DNA of 64,000 nt from Lytechinus pictus (lineage: Eukaryota). Under the pieces are notes generated by a model that saw nothing but the letters and a program-made list of their open reading frames with translations, was not told where the DNA came from and did no database searches. The DNA lies in the NCBI RefSeq assembly GCF_037042905.1, contig NC_087263.1, positions 13,580,001-13,644,000 of the forward strand, read 5' to 3'. Within the stretch, counting starts at the first letter, position 1; the number at the start of each line of letters is the position of its first letter. Position numbers and translations under genes: made by a program. This document shows, piece after piece, positions 50,509 through 63,971 of the stretch.

Positions 50509-53500
50509 TAGACGGGTCAATATATGGTTTGACCCGGAACAAATTGCAACAAATTATTTTTCAACGGTTTCTTGTACTATTTGACCTCAGGAATAACATA
50601 CTAAAAATCTACCAAAATCCGCATATGGGAAAGTAGTTATTTTTAAGATGGCGTCCAAGTTGCCGCCATTCACTGAAAATGGATATAACTCACTCATTAT
50701 CCACCCTAGAATCCTATTTTGGTTCATATTCCATGGTTTATATTCCATGGTCCAGTGGGTAAACGAATGTATTGATACAAGTTAGAGTGAATATTAGCAC
50801 ACCATGGTACCAGGAAATTCCAAGATGGCGCCCAAAATGGCTGACGGAGGCTAAAAACCCCAAAATTCATATATTACTTACTTAAGTGGCTTTAATTTTG
50901 TTTGTATTCAATGGTTTTGATGGTAAAGTAGTACATGTACATCAGGACGAGTTATAAAGACAGCCAGTGGTCTGCATGGTGTGTCCAAAAATCCAAGATG
51001 GCTTCCAAAAATTGAGTTTAAAATAGATGTTAATACTTAAAATGGCCATAGCTCATATAATATTCACCTGGAAGATATGATTTCGGTATCTAGACCATGC
51101 TTTCAATTGTCAAATAATACATTGGGACAAGTTACAGGGACAGTCAGAGGTCCAGTATGTTAAAAAATCTAAGATGGCTTCCAATAATGGATTTAAAAAA
51201 TGCTGTTTCTACTTTAAAAAACAACAACATAGTTTGTTCAATATCTGGGAATATGATTTTTTTGCCTATACCGTGGTTAAATGGGTCAAATAATACATTG
51301 GGATAAGTTACAAGGACGATGGGTGGTCAAGTGTGTCCAAAGGTCCACAGTGGCTTAAAAAATAGTATAAATTAGCCGCTGGTATTTGCAAATGGATATA
51401 GCTTATATAATATCCATCAAGGGTATATGATTTCATGTCTTTACCAAGGTTTTAAAAGTCAGAAAATTAGTTACAAGGACAGTCAGTGGTCCAGTATGTC
51501 GAAATTTCAAGATGGCTTTAAAAAAATCGGAGTCTAAAATGACTGATGTTACTTTAAAATTTGACATAGTTCATTTAAAATCCACCAAGGAGATATGATT
51601 TCGGTGTCCACACAATGGTTTCATGGTTCAAATAATACGTTTGGACTGGTTACATGAATATGCAGTTGTCCAGTTTGCCTAAAAATCCAAGAGGGTTTTT
51701 TAAAAAGGCATCTAAAACGACTTATATCACTCAATAATGGTCAGAGTTCTACAATATCTATCTGTAAGAAGTGATGTTGGTGTTTAAATTTTGGAATAAG
51801 GGTCAAATGATACATTCGGACAAGTTAAAAGGATGGTTAGTATTCCATTTTGTATAAAAAAATCCATGGCGGATTCAAAAATTTCATCGAAATGGGTGCT
51901 GTTACCAATTCATGAAACAATATGATAATTTATCCCAATGCATTTAAGTGTAGGCACCAAGATTAATTCTCACAAATGGATATTGTATGAACTGTGTCAA
52001 TTTTTAAGTAACAACAGTCACTTTAAAACCCATTTTTACAGCCAACTTGGATTTTAAGGCTAAATGGATAACTGCATATCATGGTAACCAGTCCCAAAGT
52101 ATTTTCTTACCCTTGAAACCCTAGTGTAGATACCAAAATAATATCCCCAATGTGTATTTGTAATGTTTTATATCCAATTTTAAGTAACAACAGTCATTTA
52201 AGCCATCTTTAATTTTCGGACATACCTGACATCTGACTGTCCTTTCAATTTAACCCAATGTATTACTTGACCCTTTAAACTCTAGTGTAGACAGTAATAT
52301 CATACCTCCGAGGTGTATTTCTGATAAACTATGTATAATTTTAAGTAACAACAGTCAAGTTAAACCCCATTTTTGAAGTCATCTTGGATTTTTTAAACAT
52401 ACAAACAACTGACTGTCTTGTAACTTACCCTAGTGTATTAATCGACCCTTTAAACCATGGTTTACACACCGAACTCATATTCCCCAGAGAGGTATTGAAC
52501 AAACTATGTCCTTTTCTAAGGAACATCAGACATTTTTTTTACTCCATTTTTGGAAGCCATCTTGGAAATTTGGACATACTAGATAACTGACTGTCTTTGT
52601 AGCTTGTCCTAATATATGATATGACCCTTAAAACCATAGTTTAGACACCGAAATCAAATCACAGGCGGATATAAAATGAGCTATGCCACTTTTAAGTATC
52701 AGCAGCCAATTTAGAATCAATTTTTGGAAGCCATATTGGATTTTTGGTCATACCAGATCACTGACTGTCCTTAAAACTTGTCCTAATGAATTATTTTGAC
52801 ACTTGAAACCAGTGGTTTAGACACCAAAATCGCATTTCCCAGGCCGATATGAAATAAGCTATGTCAGCTTTATGTAACAGCAGTCAATTTAGAATAAATT
52901 TTTGGAAACCAACTTAGATTTTTTGACATACCAGGCCACTGACTGTCCCTGAAACTTGCTCTAAAGTATTAATTGACCCTTGAAACCAGTGGTTTAGATA
53001 CCAAAATCACATCTCCCAGGCCGATATGAAATGAGCTATGTCCGCTTTAAGAATAACCAGCCTATCTTTAAGATCAATTTTGGAAGCCATCTTTGATTTG
53101 TGGACATATCAGATCACTGACTGTCCTTGTAAGTTGCTCTAAAGTATAAATTGACCCTTGAAACCAGTAGTTTAGTTATTAATGTCACATCTCCCAGGCT
53201 AAAATGAAATGAGTTATGTCAGCTTTAAATATTAGCAGCCATTTCAGAATCAATCTTTGGAACCAATCACGGATTTTTGCTCATACCAGACCACCGACTT
53301 TCCTTGTGACTTGTCCCAATGTAATATTTGACCCATTTAACCATGGCATAGACACAAAAATCATATTTCTGGATATTGAACAAACTATGTCGATTTTTTA
53401 AAGTAGCAACAACAATTTTAGACTCCATTTTTGGAAGCCATTTTGGATTTTTGAACATACTGGACCACTCCATGTCATTATAACTTGTCCCAATCTCTTA

Positions 53501-54040
53501 TTTGACCATTGAAAACATGGTATAGACACCAAAAGTCATTATATCCCAGGCGGATATGAAATGAACTATGTCCATTTTAATTATCAACAGCCATTTTAAA
53601 CTCCATTTTTGGAAGCCATCTTGGATTTTTGGACACACCAGACCACTGGCTGTCCTTGTAACTTGTTCCAATGTACTACTTCACCCTAAAAACCATAGAA
53701 TAAAAACCAAATTAAAGCCACTTCGATGAATTGTGGATTTTCAGTCTACGGCAGCCATTTTGGGCGCCATCTTGGATTTGGCAGGTATACTGGAGGGGTT
53801 ATAATTCACTTTAGCCTGTATCAACAATTGTTTCTACCCCTAGACCATGGATTATGAACCGAAATAGGATTCTAGGGTGGATAATGAGTCAGTTGTATCC
53901 ATTTTCAGTGAATGGCGGCAATCTTGGTAGATTTTTAGTATGTAATTCCTGAGGTCAAATAGTACAAAAAACCGGTGAAAAATCATTTGTTGCAATTTGT
54001 TCCGGATAAGGGTATTTTTGGTCGTAAATTGACCCGTCTG
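50509..54040. mobile_element. Complete 3.5-kb foldback DNA element (same family as 3924-6779); Academ-like
   Basis: ATA|tagacgggtcaa ... ttgacccgtctg|ATA (3-bp TSD); long inverted arms built of ~177-bp units; no coding capacity. Confidence 0.9.
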
Positions 54041-54049
54041 ATATGACAG

Positions 54050-57000
54050 GTGACTATGGACAGTGACTATCTCTATGCCCTATATCTAAAAAATTGTATT
54101 GAGATCTGCATCGCCCTTACTCCCATGCAAACAAGAGTGGTCAAAATCAAAGCCGTAAATACTTATCTTCATGGCATGTATGCCTACTCTTTACCAACTA
54201 GCAATAGGTTTGCACCCCTTGTCACAGATACATCTGATGTACATGTAGTACAGGAGGAAGGAAAGGTTAGCCAGCGACGAATGGAAAATGATTGCCCTGG
54301 AGCAATAAAAGGTAATCCTTCCTTATCACCAGGTCAGACGTCTTACAAGAAATCTTCCATTCGTACAACTGCAAGCCATGTGCAGCATGCCTCTGTCAGG
54401 CAATACGAAGAGAGACATAAGCATTCACCGACCAAACATAGGCCTTGCCTCCCACCACCCTCATGGCTGTCAAGAGAAAATGAGCCTATGACAGTCTCAA
54501 GTCGTACATTTTACCCAAAGAATGGCGCTCAAGCACCCAATGGTAACAAATTGCGAGTGAGTTCTCTTTCATTACAAGATAATTTCCCACCATATCCAGT
54601 ATATTCAGACGTCCACCAGGAAACCATTGACCATCCTGACATACAGTCACCGAGATTTATAGCAGCCAATCTCAACCTTGCACCTTCGAATGAAAGAATA
54701 CTCCTTATTAATTGTTACATTCCGAGCGGCACCTCATCTGCTGATCTCACAGAGTACCAGGTCTGTCTAGCAACCATCACGCACTTACCAGACACTTATG
54801 TGTACCAGGCAAACAATCTAACCCCTGTAGTGATTGCTGGAGATTTTAATGCTGACACAGTACATCAGAACAATTAAAAGACACTGGGATATCTAATGTC
54901 TTTTATGAACTCTCCTGTTTGCCTGAGTACCACAGAGGATCACTGTACATCTGAACAACTTACCTTTCAATCGGATGGTGGAAGAAGAGGTCAAACATTG
55001 ATGGATTCCTGATACCTTTATTTGCGCTATCACGATTTGGAGTTGTATCTTTAAAGGAGGATGATCCTTTGAACATATCCGACCACTTTCCAGTCACCTT
55101 CACATGGGATCCTAGTACTCCTCAGACCTCTCTTGAGGAGAAAAAGAAGTGGCCAAGCTCTTCCCCTCACAAACCAGAAAAAGTTGCCAGAATAAAAATA
55201 AAATGGGATCAAGTTGATCACAATACTCTCCAGGAACTCTACACGGTACCTATAGAAGAGATAGCAATGGATCTATTTACCAACACTATGACAGTGAAAT
55301 TCTTGGTAAGGAGGCTGAATCAATCCTGTTGTCTCTCTCCCAAGCGATGCTTCAGCAGTCAAAATATCTCACTCACAGTAAACCTTGCCAAAAACGTCTT
55401 GGTAAAGCAGAATGGTCAACGCAAGATGCTGAAGCATGTTCCGAAGCAAACCATGCATGGAAACGCTGGAAAGACAATGGAAAGCCCATTGGAGTAATTC
55501 TGCATTATTTCTACCTCCTTTTGAAGAAAGTATTCAGACAGAGGTTGAGACAGGCATGTGCCGTAGATCATAGGCTCCTGTCCAGCATCGAATCTGCATC
55601 AACGGGAAATTCCAGGTTCTTCTACCAGCTGATTAAGAGGCAAAGAACCAACAACACAAAACGACAAACAAAAGTGATTGAGAACCAAGGCTACACATAC
55701 GAGAAAGGAGATGTAGCCGCTGGTTGGAAGTGCTGCTTCACAGATTTGGATCAACCTGCATCGAATGCCGAAATCTCTCAGATAACAATTAATGATCAAT
55801 TTGAACTGAATGACGTTGTCCCAATGCTACAGGAATCAGCCCTTATTACCTCATGAGCTTGATGTAGCCATCACCAGCCTCAAGAAAGGGAAAGCTAGTG
55901 GACCTGGCGATATCTTTCCAGAACACATCCAATATCATGGTGTAACTGCAAGGAGTTTTCAACTCCTTCTTGGTATCGTCATTCACCCCTCAAGTCTGAA
56001 GAATTGACGTGTCCTTCCTCTACACAAAGGGAAAGGCCAAAGTGTGAAAGACCCAAGAAACTATCGTAGAATAACTCTGACTTATACTTTGTGCAAATTG
56101 ATTGAACTTGCCCTTAAACCAAGGATCCAGCGTTCCCTTGAAAAAAAAAAATATTCCAGATGAACTTCAGTTTTGTTTCCAAAAACATCACTCCTGCATC
56201 CTGACCTCATGTTGTCTCGAACTCATAATTGAACTTAATTCTGCAAAGAAAATCCACACTTATGTTACATGTACACTCCTAGATGCTGAGAAATCTTTTG
56301 ATAAAGTTTGGCATAAGCTAGGGGCCACAAACATTCATCCTGTACATATTAATAGGATCCACTCTCTGTACAAACTTCTTCAGAGTCAAGTCCTTTTGTA
56401 TGATGTAGCAAGTGAGCCCTTCCCAATTCGTCAAGGAGTAAGGCAAGGGGGAGTTTGATCTCCACTCCTCTACATTACATTCATTGATGCACTCATCAAG
56501 CATCTACGTAGCAGGAATCTTGGCTGTAATCTACTAGGTCGATATTCTGGTCTTCTAGTCCTTGCTGGTGATGTAGCCCTTCTAAGTAATTCACCAAGTG
56601 AACTACAATCTATGCTTGATGTCACAAACAGCTATACAAACGAATGGAAATACAGAATCAATCCATCCAAAAGCTGCATCATTGCCTTCAACATTGGTAA
56701 ACATACCTCACGGCAATATGCCTGGCATCTGGTAGAGGACCTAGTGCAAACTGCACAAATGCATCCTCATTTTGTCATTACAAAAGCTACATGTAGCACA
56801 AGGAGAGATATAACTGAGGACATGATTGCCAAAGGACTGAAAACCTTTTATTCTATCACTGCAGCTGGTGCATATACAGGTGGCATCCTACCACAACACT
56901 GTGCAGCATTATGGAGAGTGTACTGTGTCACCCGCATGCTCTATGGAGCAGCAGTCATTAACTTTACAAAGGGTATGCCAAAGAGACTCGACCAGTCACA

Positions 57001-57883
57001 GCTTCAACTGTTCAAGCAGATTCTTGGCCTACCAAAGTCTGCAGCTGATGAATCGGTACACCTTCTGACTGGACTAATACCTATCAGCGCGCAAGTGGAT
57101 GTTGTGAAGCTTCAGTTGATAGGAAAGTTGCTTGTCCTCCCTCACGAACGCTTCGAATATCGCACCTTTCTTCATGCCCTCTCCAAGCAAACGGTCACAA
57201 TCAGAGCCTGCCAAACCATCCTTTTGAAATATAACCAACCAGACCTTCACTCACTTACACTGGACCCGATTCCTTACTTCCAATGGAAGAAAACAGTAAA
57301 AACGGCAGTAAACAACGTGATCATACTTGATACCTTGGAGGCGATCCAAGCAAAGAAAACGCTCTCATTCTGGACCTCCAACAACATTCGGAACCCCTAC
57401 CACCTGTATCCCCGCTGTGGCAGCTCGAGATTTCTCAGGCAAGCAGTAATTGTTAGAGCAAAGCTACTAAGCCAGACATATCCAGTGCAAACAAGGCTTG
57501 TAAAATTAGAGAAGACCACAATAGTCAAATGCCGGCTCTGCAAGAAAGAAACAGAAGACATTGTCCATTTTACAGCATCATGTATTCACCTAGACACTCA
57601 CAAACAAGAATTCTGCAATAAGTAAACGCCTGCCAGATGAAATTTACTCCCTCTATGATACAACCAAAGGAGATGCACTCACAACAGCGGTGTTACTCCC
57701 ATGCTCTCTTTACCTCACCTCCCAACTATATGTTGAGCTTATTTTGCTTACATTGACTTTCCTTTATAAACTCCATATTAGCCGTATTACAGCTCTTTCC
57801 TCTCTGTAACCATTAACTGCTGATGGACATTCTTTAAGCAGCACCCTGCTGTTGATCTCCGATATAACCGGAGGAAGAAGAAG
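54050..57883 (+). mobile_element. Decayed non-LTR retrotransposon (APE endonuclease-RT-CCHC), possibly RTE-X-like
   Basis: Frameshifted pieces: IAGDFNAD, ISDHFPV, KGKASGPG, LLDAEKSFDKVWH, QGVRQGGV, CRLCKKETEDIVHFTASC; ends in a GAA repeat. Clade and 5' boundary uncertain. Confidence 0.85.
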
Positions 57884-57950
57884 TTGACGCCGCCGCCGCC
57901 GTCGGAAAAGCGGGGCCGATAGTCTCAATCTGCTATGCAGGTTAAACAAA
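57884..57950 (+). mobile_element. 3' terminus of a Helentron-associated-like repeat; similar ends at ~41003-41053 (+) and ~29057-29095 (-)
   Basis: gccgccgtcggaaaagcgg...tagtctcaatctgctatgcagg; the sister copies retain the tctcgc...gcgaga hairpin. Confidence 0.5.
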
Positions 57951-58304
57951 AATCAAATTTATGTTTAATTGTAGGCAACAATCCAGAAATGTATGATAAT
58001 CATGCTGGTACCATTCCATAATAATTAGGTTAAATCATTTCTTCTGTCCTAATAATATCGCCTTCAATTTTGGACGAAACATGAGTGAAAAAAGACTTAC
58101 ATACATTCACTCTGAAACTGCATTTATAAACAAAATAACTTGAATTTTCACATCGAGTATTCAGAGAAAATGTAGATTATAATTATGATACAATGAAAGA
58201 ATTATGAAATCACAAAATGAATTCATAAAATAACATAACTATCTCATTTTGTAAAAGTACATTGTTTTGTGCGACAGATTAATGCGTCCGTTTTATTTTT
58301 ATTT

Positions 58305-61300
58305 TATACATACATACATAACAGGTACTTATATAGCGCGTTACCAAAATATGATAAAAGCGCTTTACAATAAATAACTAATAATAATAATGAAATTACA
58401 TTAAAAAGCGATTAAAAATATATCTACGGGGACGGGTGCCTGACCTTAATGCCCTGTTCACCCGCAGTTTAAGGAACTTGCCCAGAAGGCAATCCGGCAG
58501 GTTCATAACTCACAAGGGCTCTAAAAACACCAGGCCTAAGCTAAACCCTAACAAAAACCAACTTACGAAAGAGAACTAAACATGAATATTCAAACTAATA
58601 GTTACACAAAAATTATCATATAAGAAGAAAAAATTCAACGAGCAAATAAATGTGTTTTAAGCAGAGATTTTAAAATTTTGAACTTGTCAGCAGATCTTAG
58701 TGTTACAGGCAGTTTATTCCATAATTTGGGCACAAAATTAGCAAATGCTTTATCACCATATGAACTAAAACTTCTTCTGCGTGTAAGGAGGTATTGGCCA
58801 GCATGTGATCTAAGAAATATAGTATTATTGCCCATATGAATATAATTACTGATTATGTCTGATAGATAACCAGGAGCTTCCCCCATACGTGCTTTAAAAA
58901 CAAGAGCAAGAATCCTGAAAACAATGCGTTCAGAGTTTGGAAGCCAATGCAACTGCTGTAATAATGGTAAAGTATGTTCCCTACGATTTACCTTAAAAAT
59001 TAGTCTAGCTGATCTATTTTGAATGGTCTGCAATTTTTAATGACTTTAACAGTAATGCCGTATAGGAGTGAATTACAGCTGTCTAGACGTAAGAGAGCAA
59101 GTGATCTAACTACATGATTACGCGTATTTTCATCGATATAGCGACGTATGCTTCCAATATTGTGCAGATTAAAATTCAAGGAGCGTGCAAGAGGGCAAAC
59201 ATGATTTGACATAATCATGTTATTATCAAAATAGACACCAAGATTATTATTGAATTATTTGTGTACCACAAACATCCAAGGAAACATTATTAAGATAATT
59301 CATATTATGGGTAGAAGCTGCTATAAAGAACTCTGTTTTTTCTTCATTCAGCTTCAGTTTATTGACAGTCATCCATGATTTTAATTATCTAATACATTCT
59401 TGAAGCTTATGCAATGCAATGACATTGTCATCAGGTATTTTTTAATCGAATTCAATATAAATTTGAGCGTCATTTGCATAGATATGGTATTTTAGGTTGT
59501 AACTCTCGATTATTTTACCAAGTGGATATGTATAGTGTGTAACATTCCTGGGCCAACCACAGATCCTTGTGGCACACCAAACTCTAAGGTATGTTTATTT
59601 CCATGAATTCCAAAACAATGTGTGAGTCTTTTGTCATTAATATCAAAATCAATCCTGTCAAAAGCGGCACTAAGATCTAAACAATTACAAATACAGCTTT
59701 GCGGTTATCCAAAGCACACAGAATGTCATTTTTAACTCTCAGTAGAAGAGCAGTTTCAGTGCCATGTTGTGGTTTGTATGCGGACTGATATGGATCCAGT
59801 AATTTATTGTCTGACATGTATGAGTGTGTAATTGAGACATTGCAAACTTTTCCATAATTTTTTTAAAGGATTTGAGATTGAAAACTGGTCTATAATTATT
59901 TAAGTGATTCATATCAAGAGATGCTTTTTAATGACAGGTGTAATAATCGCTTGTTTTAAAGATACAGGGAACTCACGAAAAGTGAGAGATAAATTAATTA
60001 TAGCTGTTAGTGGTGGAATTATAGGTGATATACAGCGTGTCTCTAAAAAAAGTAAACCCAACTTCAATGGCAAATTTTCAGAAAACTAAAAAATATTTAC
60101 ACATTATTTTTTCATGGTTAGATAGTCCAATAAGTCCTCTGTCCAATTATATCACTTAGGTTATCTAACTCTTATGCATGACTGAGCATGATTCAACTTA
60201 GTGAACTGGTGTCAAATCATCACTGTGGCAAGTTATTTCTTGTTATTTTCATGCATTCAAGGCCTATTTAAAGTTAAATGTTTGTCACATGTTAGGCCTA
60301 TGATTAAATCATCACTGTGGCAAGTTATTTATTGCTATTGTCACGCATTCAAGGCCTATTGTAAGTTAAATTTTGGTCACATGTTAGGCCTATAATTTCA
60401 TAACAACTTCAGCAAAGGTTGTTCCTAACACAGGCACACTTCACATGCTTTCCAAACATGGTACAATTGACAATTGAGCAGAGAGTATTCCTGGTAACTC
60501 AATACCAGGAAACAAGAAGTTTCGTGGAAGTTCAAGAGGCTTTTCGGGTGCAGTTCCCCGAGAGGCAGCCTCCAACAAAAGGGCCATCTGGTACAATGTG
60601 AGAAAGTATGCTGATCACGGAACCACTGAGTTTAACTTCAAATAGGCCTTGAATGCATGAAAATAACAAGAAATAACTTGCCATAGTGATGATATGACCC
60701 CAGTTCACTAAGTTGAATCATGCTCAGTCATGCATGAGAGTTAGATAACCTAATAAGACTTATTAATAAGACTTATTGGACTAGCTAACCATGACAAATA
60801 ATGTGTAAATATTTTTTAGTTTTCTGAAAATTTGCCGTTGAAGATGGGTTGACTTTTTTAGAGACACACTGTACATTGTGTTTCAAGAGCCATGTTGGAA
60901 TAACCTCAAGCGAACATGATTTATTTGGAAGTTTGCAGATAATTTTTCTAACATTTTCCTCTGACACAAGTTTGAATTTTGTCATGACTGCATCCTCATT
61001 TAGAGTATCAACATTAACTTGAGTGTGTGAGTCGAACTCTAAATTTTGACCACCAATTCACTGTCCAATCTTTGCAATTTTATCGTGAAAAAATGTCAGC
61101 AAAAGAGTTGCTCAATTTATCATAATCGTCACAAACAGGTAAGACTTTCTTCCCTTTATTAAGCTATTCAAAATTTTAAACATGGTCTTACTGTCAGCAG
61201 TTGTTAATTTAGTCTTGTAGAAAGTCTCCTTAGTACTAATTATTAGCTTGTTTACTTTGATATGTTGTTTTTTATAAGTCTTACGAGTTTCATCAGAGGT

Positions 61301-61720
61301 ATGTTTTTGCCACTTTCGTTCTAACCTACGCCAAACCCGACGGGCATCTCTAATCTCATCATTATACCACGGACAAAAAGGTCGAGTAGTTCTCACTCTG
61401 GTAGTTGGTGGAGCATGCGAATTAATGACCTTCAAAATAATCTTCTCAAAAGCGTCATAGACTGTATTGACATTACTTGCGTCATTGATGTCTAATTTAG
61501 AGAACTCATTTAAAAGATCACTTTTAGAACTATCCATATCAATATTTCTGTATTTTCGGGTTGTAGAAACAATTGATTGTTTGGCTGGCCTTTGTTTGGA
61601 TATATCAAATTCCACGACATAATGATCAGATCCAAGACACTTTCTCACGCCACAATTATGAATAATGCTACCTCCTTCCCGAGGTCAAGAATATGACCAT
61701 GATCATGGGTGGATTCAGAA
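58305..61720 (-). mobile_element. Decayed L2-clade LINE, 5'-truncated within the endonuclease domain
   Basis: THDHGHILDL, GSDHYVV, PWYNDEIR, SCSLEVIPTWLLK, LDLSAAFD, GVPQGSVVGP, QNRSARL..LHWLP; 3' end aagcgctt...gcgctatataagt plus (TATG)n. Confidence 0.88.
60033..60871 (+). mobile_element. Tc1/mariner-derived MITE inserted in the L2, retaining the transposase N-terminus
   Basis: TA|cagcgtgtctctaaaaaa ... ttttttagagacacactg|TA; from 60458 MVQLTIEQRVFLVTQYQETRSFVEVQEAFRVQFPERQPPT, then frameshifted AIWYNVRKYADHGT (DUF4817-type HTH pattern). Confidence 0.85.
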
Positions 61721-61745
61721 ACGTGAATAGAAAATACATTTTATT

Positions 61746-61776
<31 letters not shown>

Positions 61777-61899
61777 ATTTAGAATTTTTTTTGTATTAAC
61801 ATCGATACATAAAGAAGGAAAAAAGGATAGAGAGGTCCAATGATATTGTCCAATAAGAACCCCCATAGATTATTGATCAAAACAGAAATCATTAATAGA

Positions 61900-62125
61900 A
61901 ATCTTCCGAAAATTGATTTTGGCCAAATGATCGAGGGCCCGCCGGCGGCAGCCACTGTACAGCGACAGACCAATGTTGTTCTAACCCTTAAACCGTTGAA
62001 CGCCATTTACGCTCAAACAGGGTACCAGTAACTGGTATCTTTTAATAACGTCTGTTTGGTCCGAGGCGACCGGGGCTTGAACTACCGACCTCAAGATGGT
62101 GAGACGGGTGCTCTACCAATGTCTA
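61900..62125 (-). mobile_element. Degenerate tRNA-SINE fragment
   Basis: The minus strand reads ttggtagagcacccgtctcaccatcttgaggtcggtagttcaagccccgg (A/B-box-like head). Confidence 0.55.
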
Positions 62126-62181
62126 ATAATGTTTGTATTTGTAAAAGTGGCTCGAGAAAAGAATATAAAGAAATAACTAAC

Positions 62182-62286
62182 CACATTTCGTTCCAGTGTA
62201 ATTTTCAGGACAATCACAAGTGTAAGAGTTGATACCATCCACACAGGTCCCACGTATACAGGGGTTTGATGCACATTCGTTGATAT
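62182..62286 (-). CDS. Host gene, Ca-binding EGF exon (last of the array)
   Basis: ttacag|[35 protein letters not shown]|gttagt; 105 nt, phase 1-1, compatible with the acceptor at 46830. Confidence 0.88.
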
Positions 62287-62391
62287 CTGTAAATAGATTA
62301 ATAACATTAATGATTGATTTAAGAAAGGAGGTTGCTAGACTTTTATTCATTTTATTACGCATTATCCTGTATAATTAATAGGATTTTTTTA

Positions 62392-63290
62392 CCTGTCGAG
62401 CAGTTCATTCCAGTATAGCAAGGAGAATAGTTAAAAGGATCAGAGTCGATACCATCATCGCGGGTTCCTCCAGAGATTAAATGATAGCATTCTACTGATA
62501 GGATTTATTTTACTTCAAGTTCAACAATAAAATTAAAACATAAAGCTTAATATTATATATTATATTGAAGTGAAATGGTTACCTTCTCTAAAGCCTATCT
62601 TGTTGAGGTTCCCGTAAAAAATGTATATGCGACATAATAATAGATACGAATATTCACATTGTCTTTAATATGCAAATATATAATATTTACCTTCATGCAG
62701 AATAGAATATAAATATCATTACAATAATCATATCTATATTCTCCCAAAAATAATAAATGCGGCTGAAGAATAACAGAATATGGCAAGTCAAACCAACGGG
62801 ACATTACAAAACAAAAACGTTCCAGGAAAAGCACGTATGAGGACGTGACAAGACCAAGACACAGCAAGACATAATATAACAAATACAAGAACAGGGCACA
62901 ACAAAGCAAGAAGAAAACGAAACAAAACTACACAAAGTAGACAGGAAGAAGAAGAAGGAGAGAAGATAGTGAATCAGAAAGAATGGAAGATCCTCATATA
63001 TTTTAAGTGGTGTTGTTATTAGAAGTGTTACATTTTTAATTAGATGTGTTAATGCTCTAATAACATTAGGATCACAGTCGTCAATATCCATCAACAGATG
63101 AATAACATGAGTGCTAAAAAACATTTGTTAGCTTTTTATTCCTTTCATTCTTCAGCAACTAGTAAAGTCAAATAATTTCGTTGCCCGTCGAGCAGTAAAG
63201 CCAGGAGCACAGTTACAAGTATAAGAGTTGATACCATCGTCACAAGTTCCTCCATTCACACAAGGGGAAGGATCACAATCGTCAATATCA
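62392..63290 (-). pseudogene. Decayed EGF exon copies (~62392-62470, ~63069-63088, ~63185-63288)
   Basis: Recognisable [16 protein letters not shown] remnants with deletions, a lost acceptor or a mutated donor. Confidence 0.7.
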
Positions 63291-63371
63291 ATAACATTCA
63301 TGATTAAATAGGAGAATGTTAGCTTTATATATTTATTTTATTGCTCATGAATAAATGATTAAGTTTGTTAC

Positions 63372-63485
63372 CTGTCGAGCAGTTCATTCCAGTATAGCCA
63401 AGAGCACAGTTACAAGTATAAGAGTTGATACCATCGTCACAAGTTCCTTCATTCACACAAGGAGGAGGATCACAATCGTCAATAT
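63372..63485 (-). CDS. Host gene, Ca-binding EGF exon
   Basis: ttgcag|[38 protein letters not shown]|gtaaca; 114 nt, phase 1-1. Confidence 0.85.
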
Positions 63486-63764
63486 CTGCAACAATATCAA
63501 TAACATCCATGATTAAATAGGAGAATGTTAGCTTTATATTCATTTTACTGCTCATAAATAAATGATTAAGTTTGTTACCTGTTAAGCAGGTCATTCCAGT
63601 GCAACCCGGGGCCCGTAACACAAAGGTAAGCAATTATTGTAGAACTTTCAAAGGATATGATTACAGCCATTAATAATAATGAGGAAAATATAAGGATCAA
63701 TGGATATTTAGCCTTCCGTTTCCTACATTGGTTATTAACCTATACTAATGATATTTTTTGTCAC

Positions 63765-63878
63765 CTGTCAAGCAGTTCATTCCAGTATAGCCAAGAGCAC
63801 AGTTACAAGTATAATAGTTGATACCATCGTCACAAGTTCCTCCATTCACACAAGGGGAAGGATCACAATCGTCAATAT
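63765..63878 (-). CDS. Host gene, Ca-binding EGF exon
   Basis: ttgcag|[38 protein letters not shown]|gtgaca; 114 nt, phase 1-1. Confidence 0.85.
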
Positions 63879-63971
63879 CTGCAACAAGATCAATAACATT
63901 CATGATTAAAGAGAAGAATGTAAGCTTTATATTCATTTTATTGCTCATGAATAAATGATTAAGTTTGTTAC

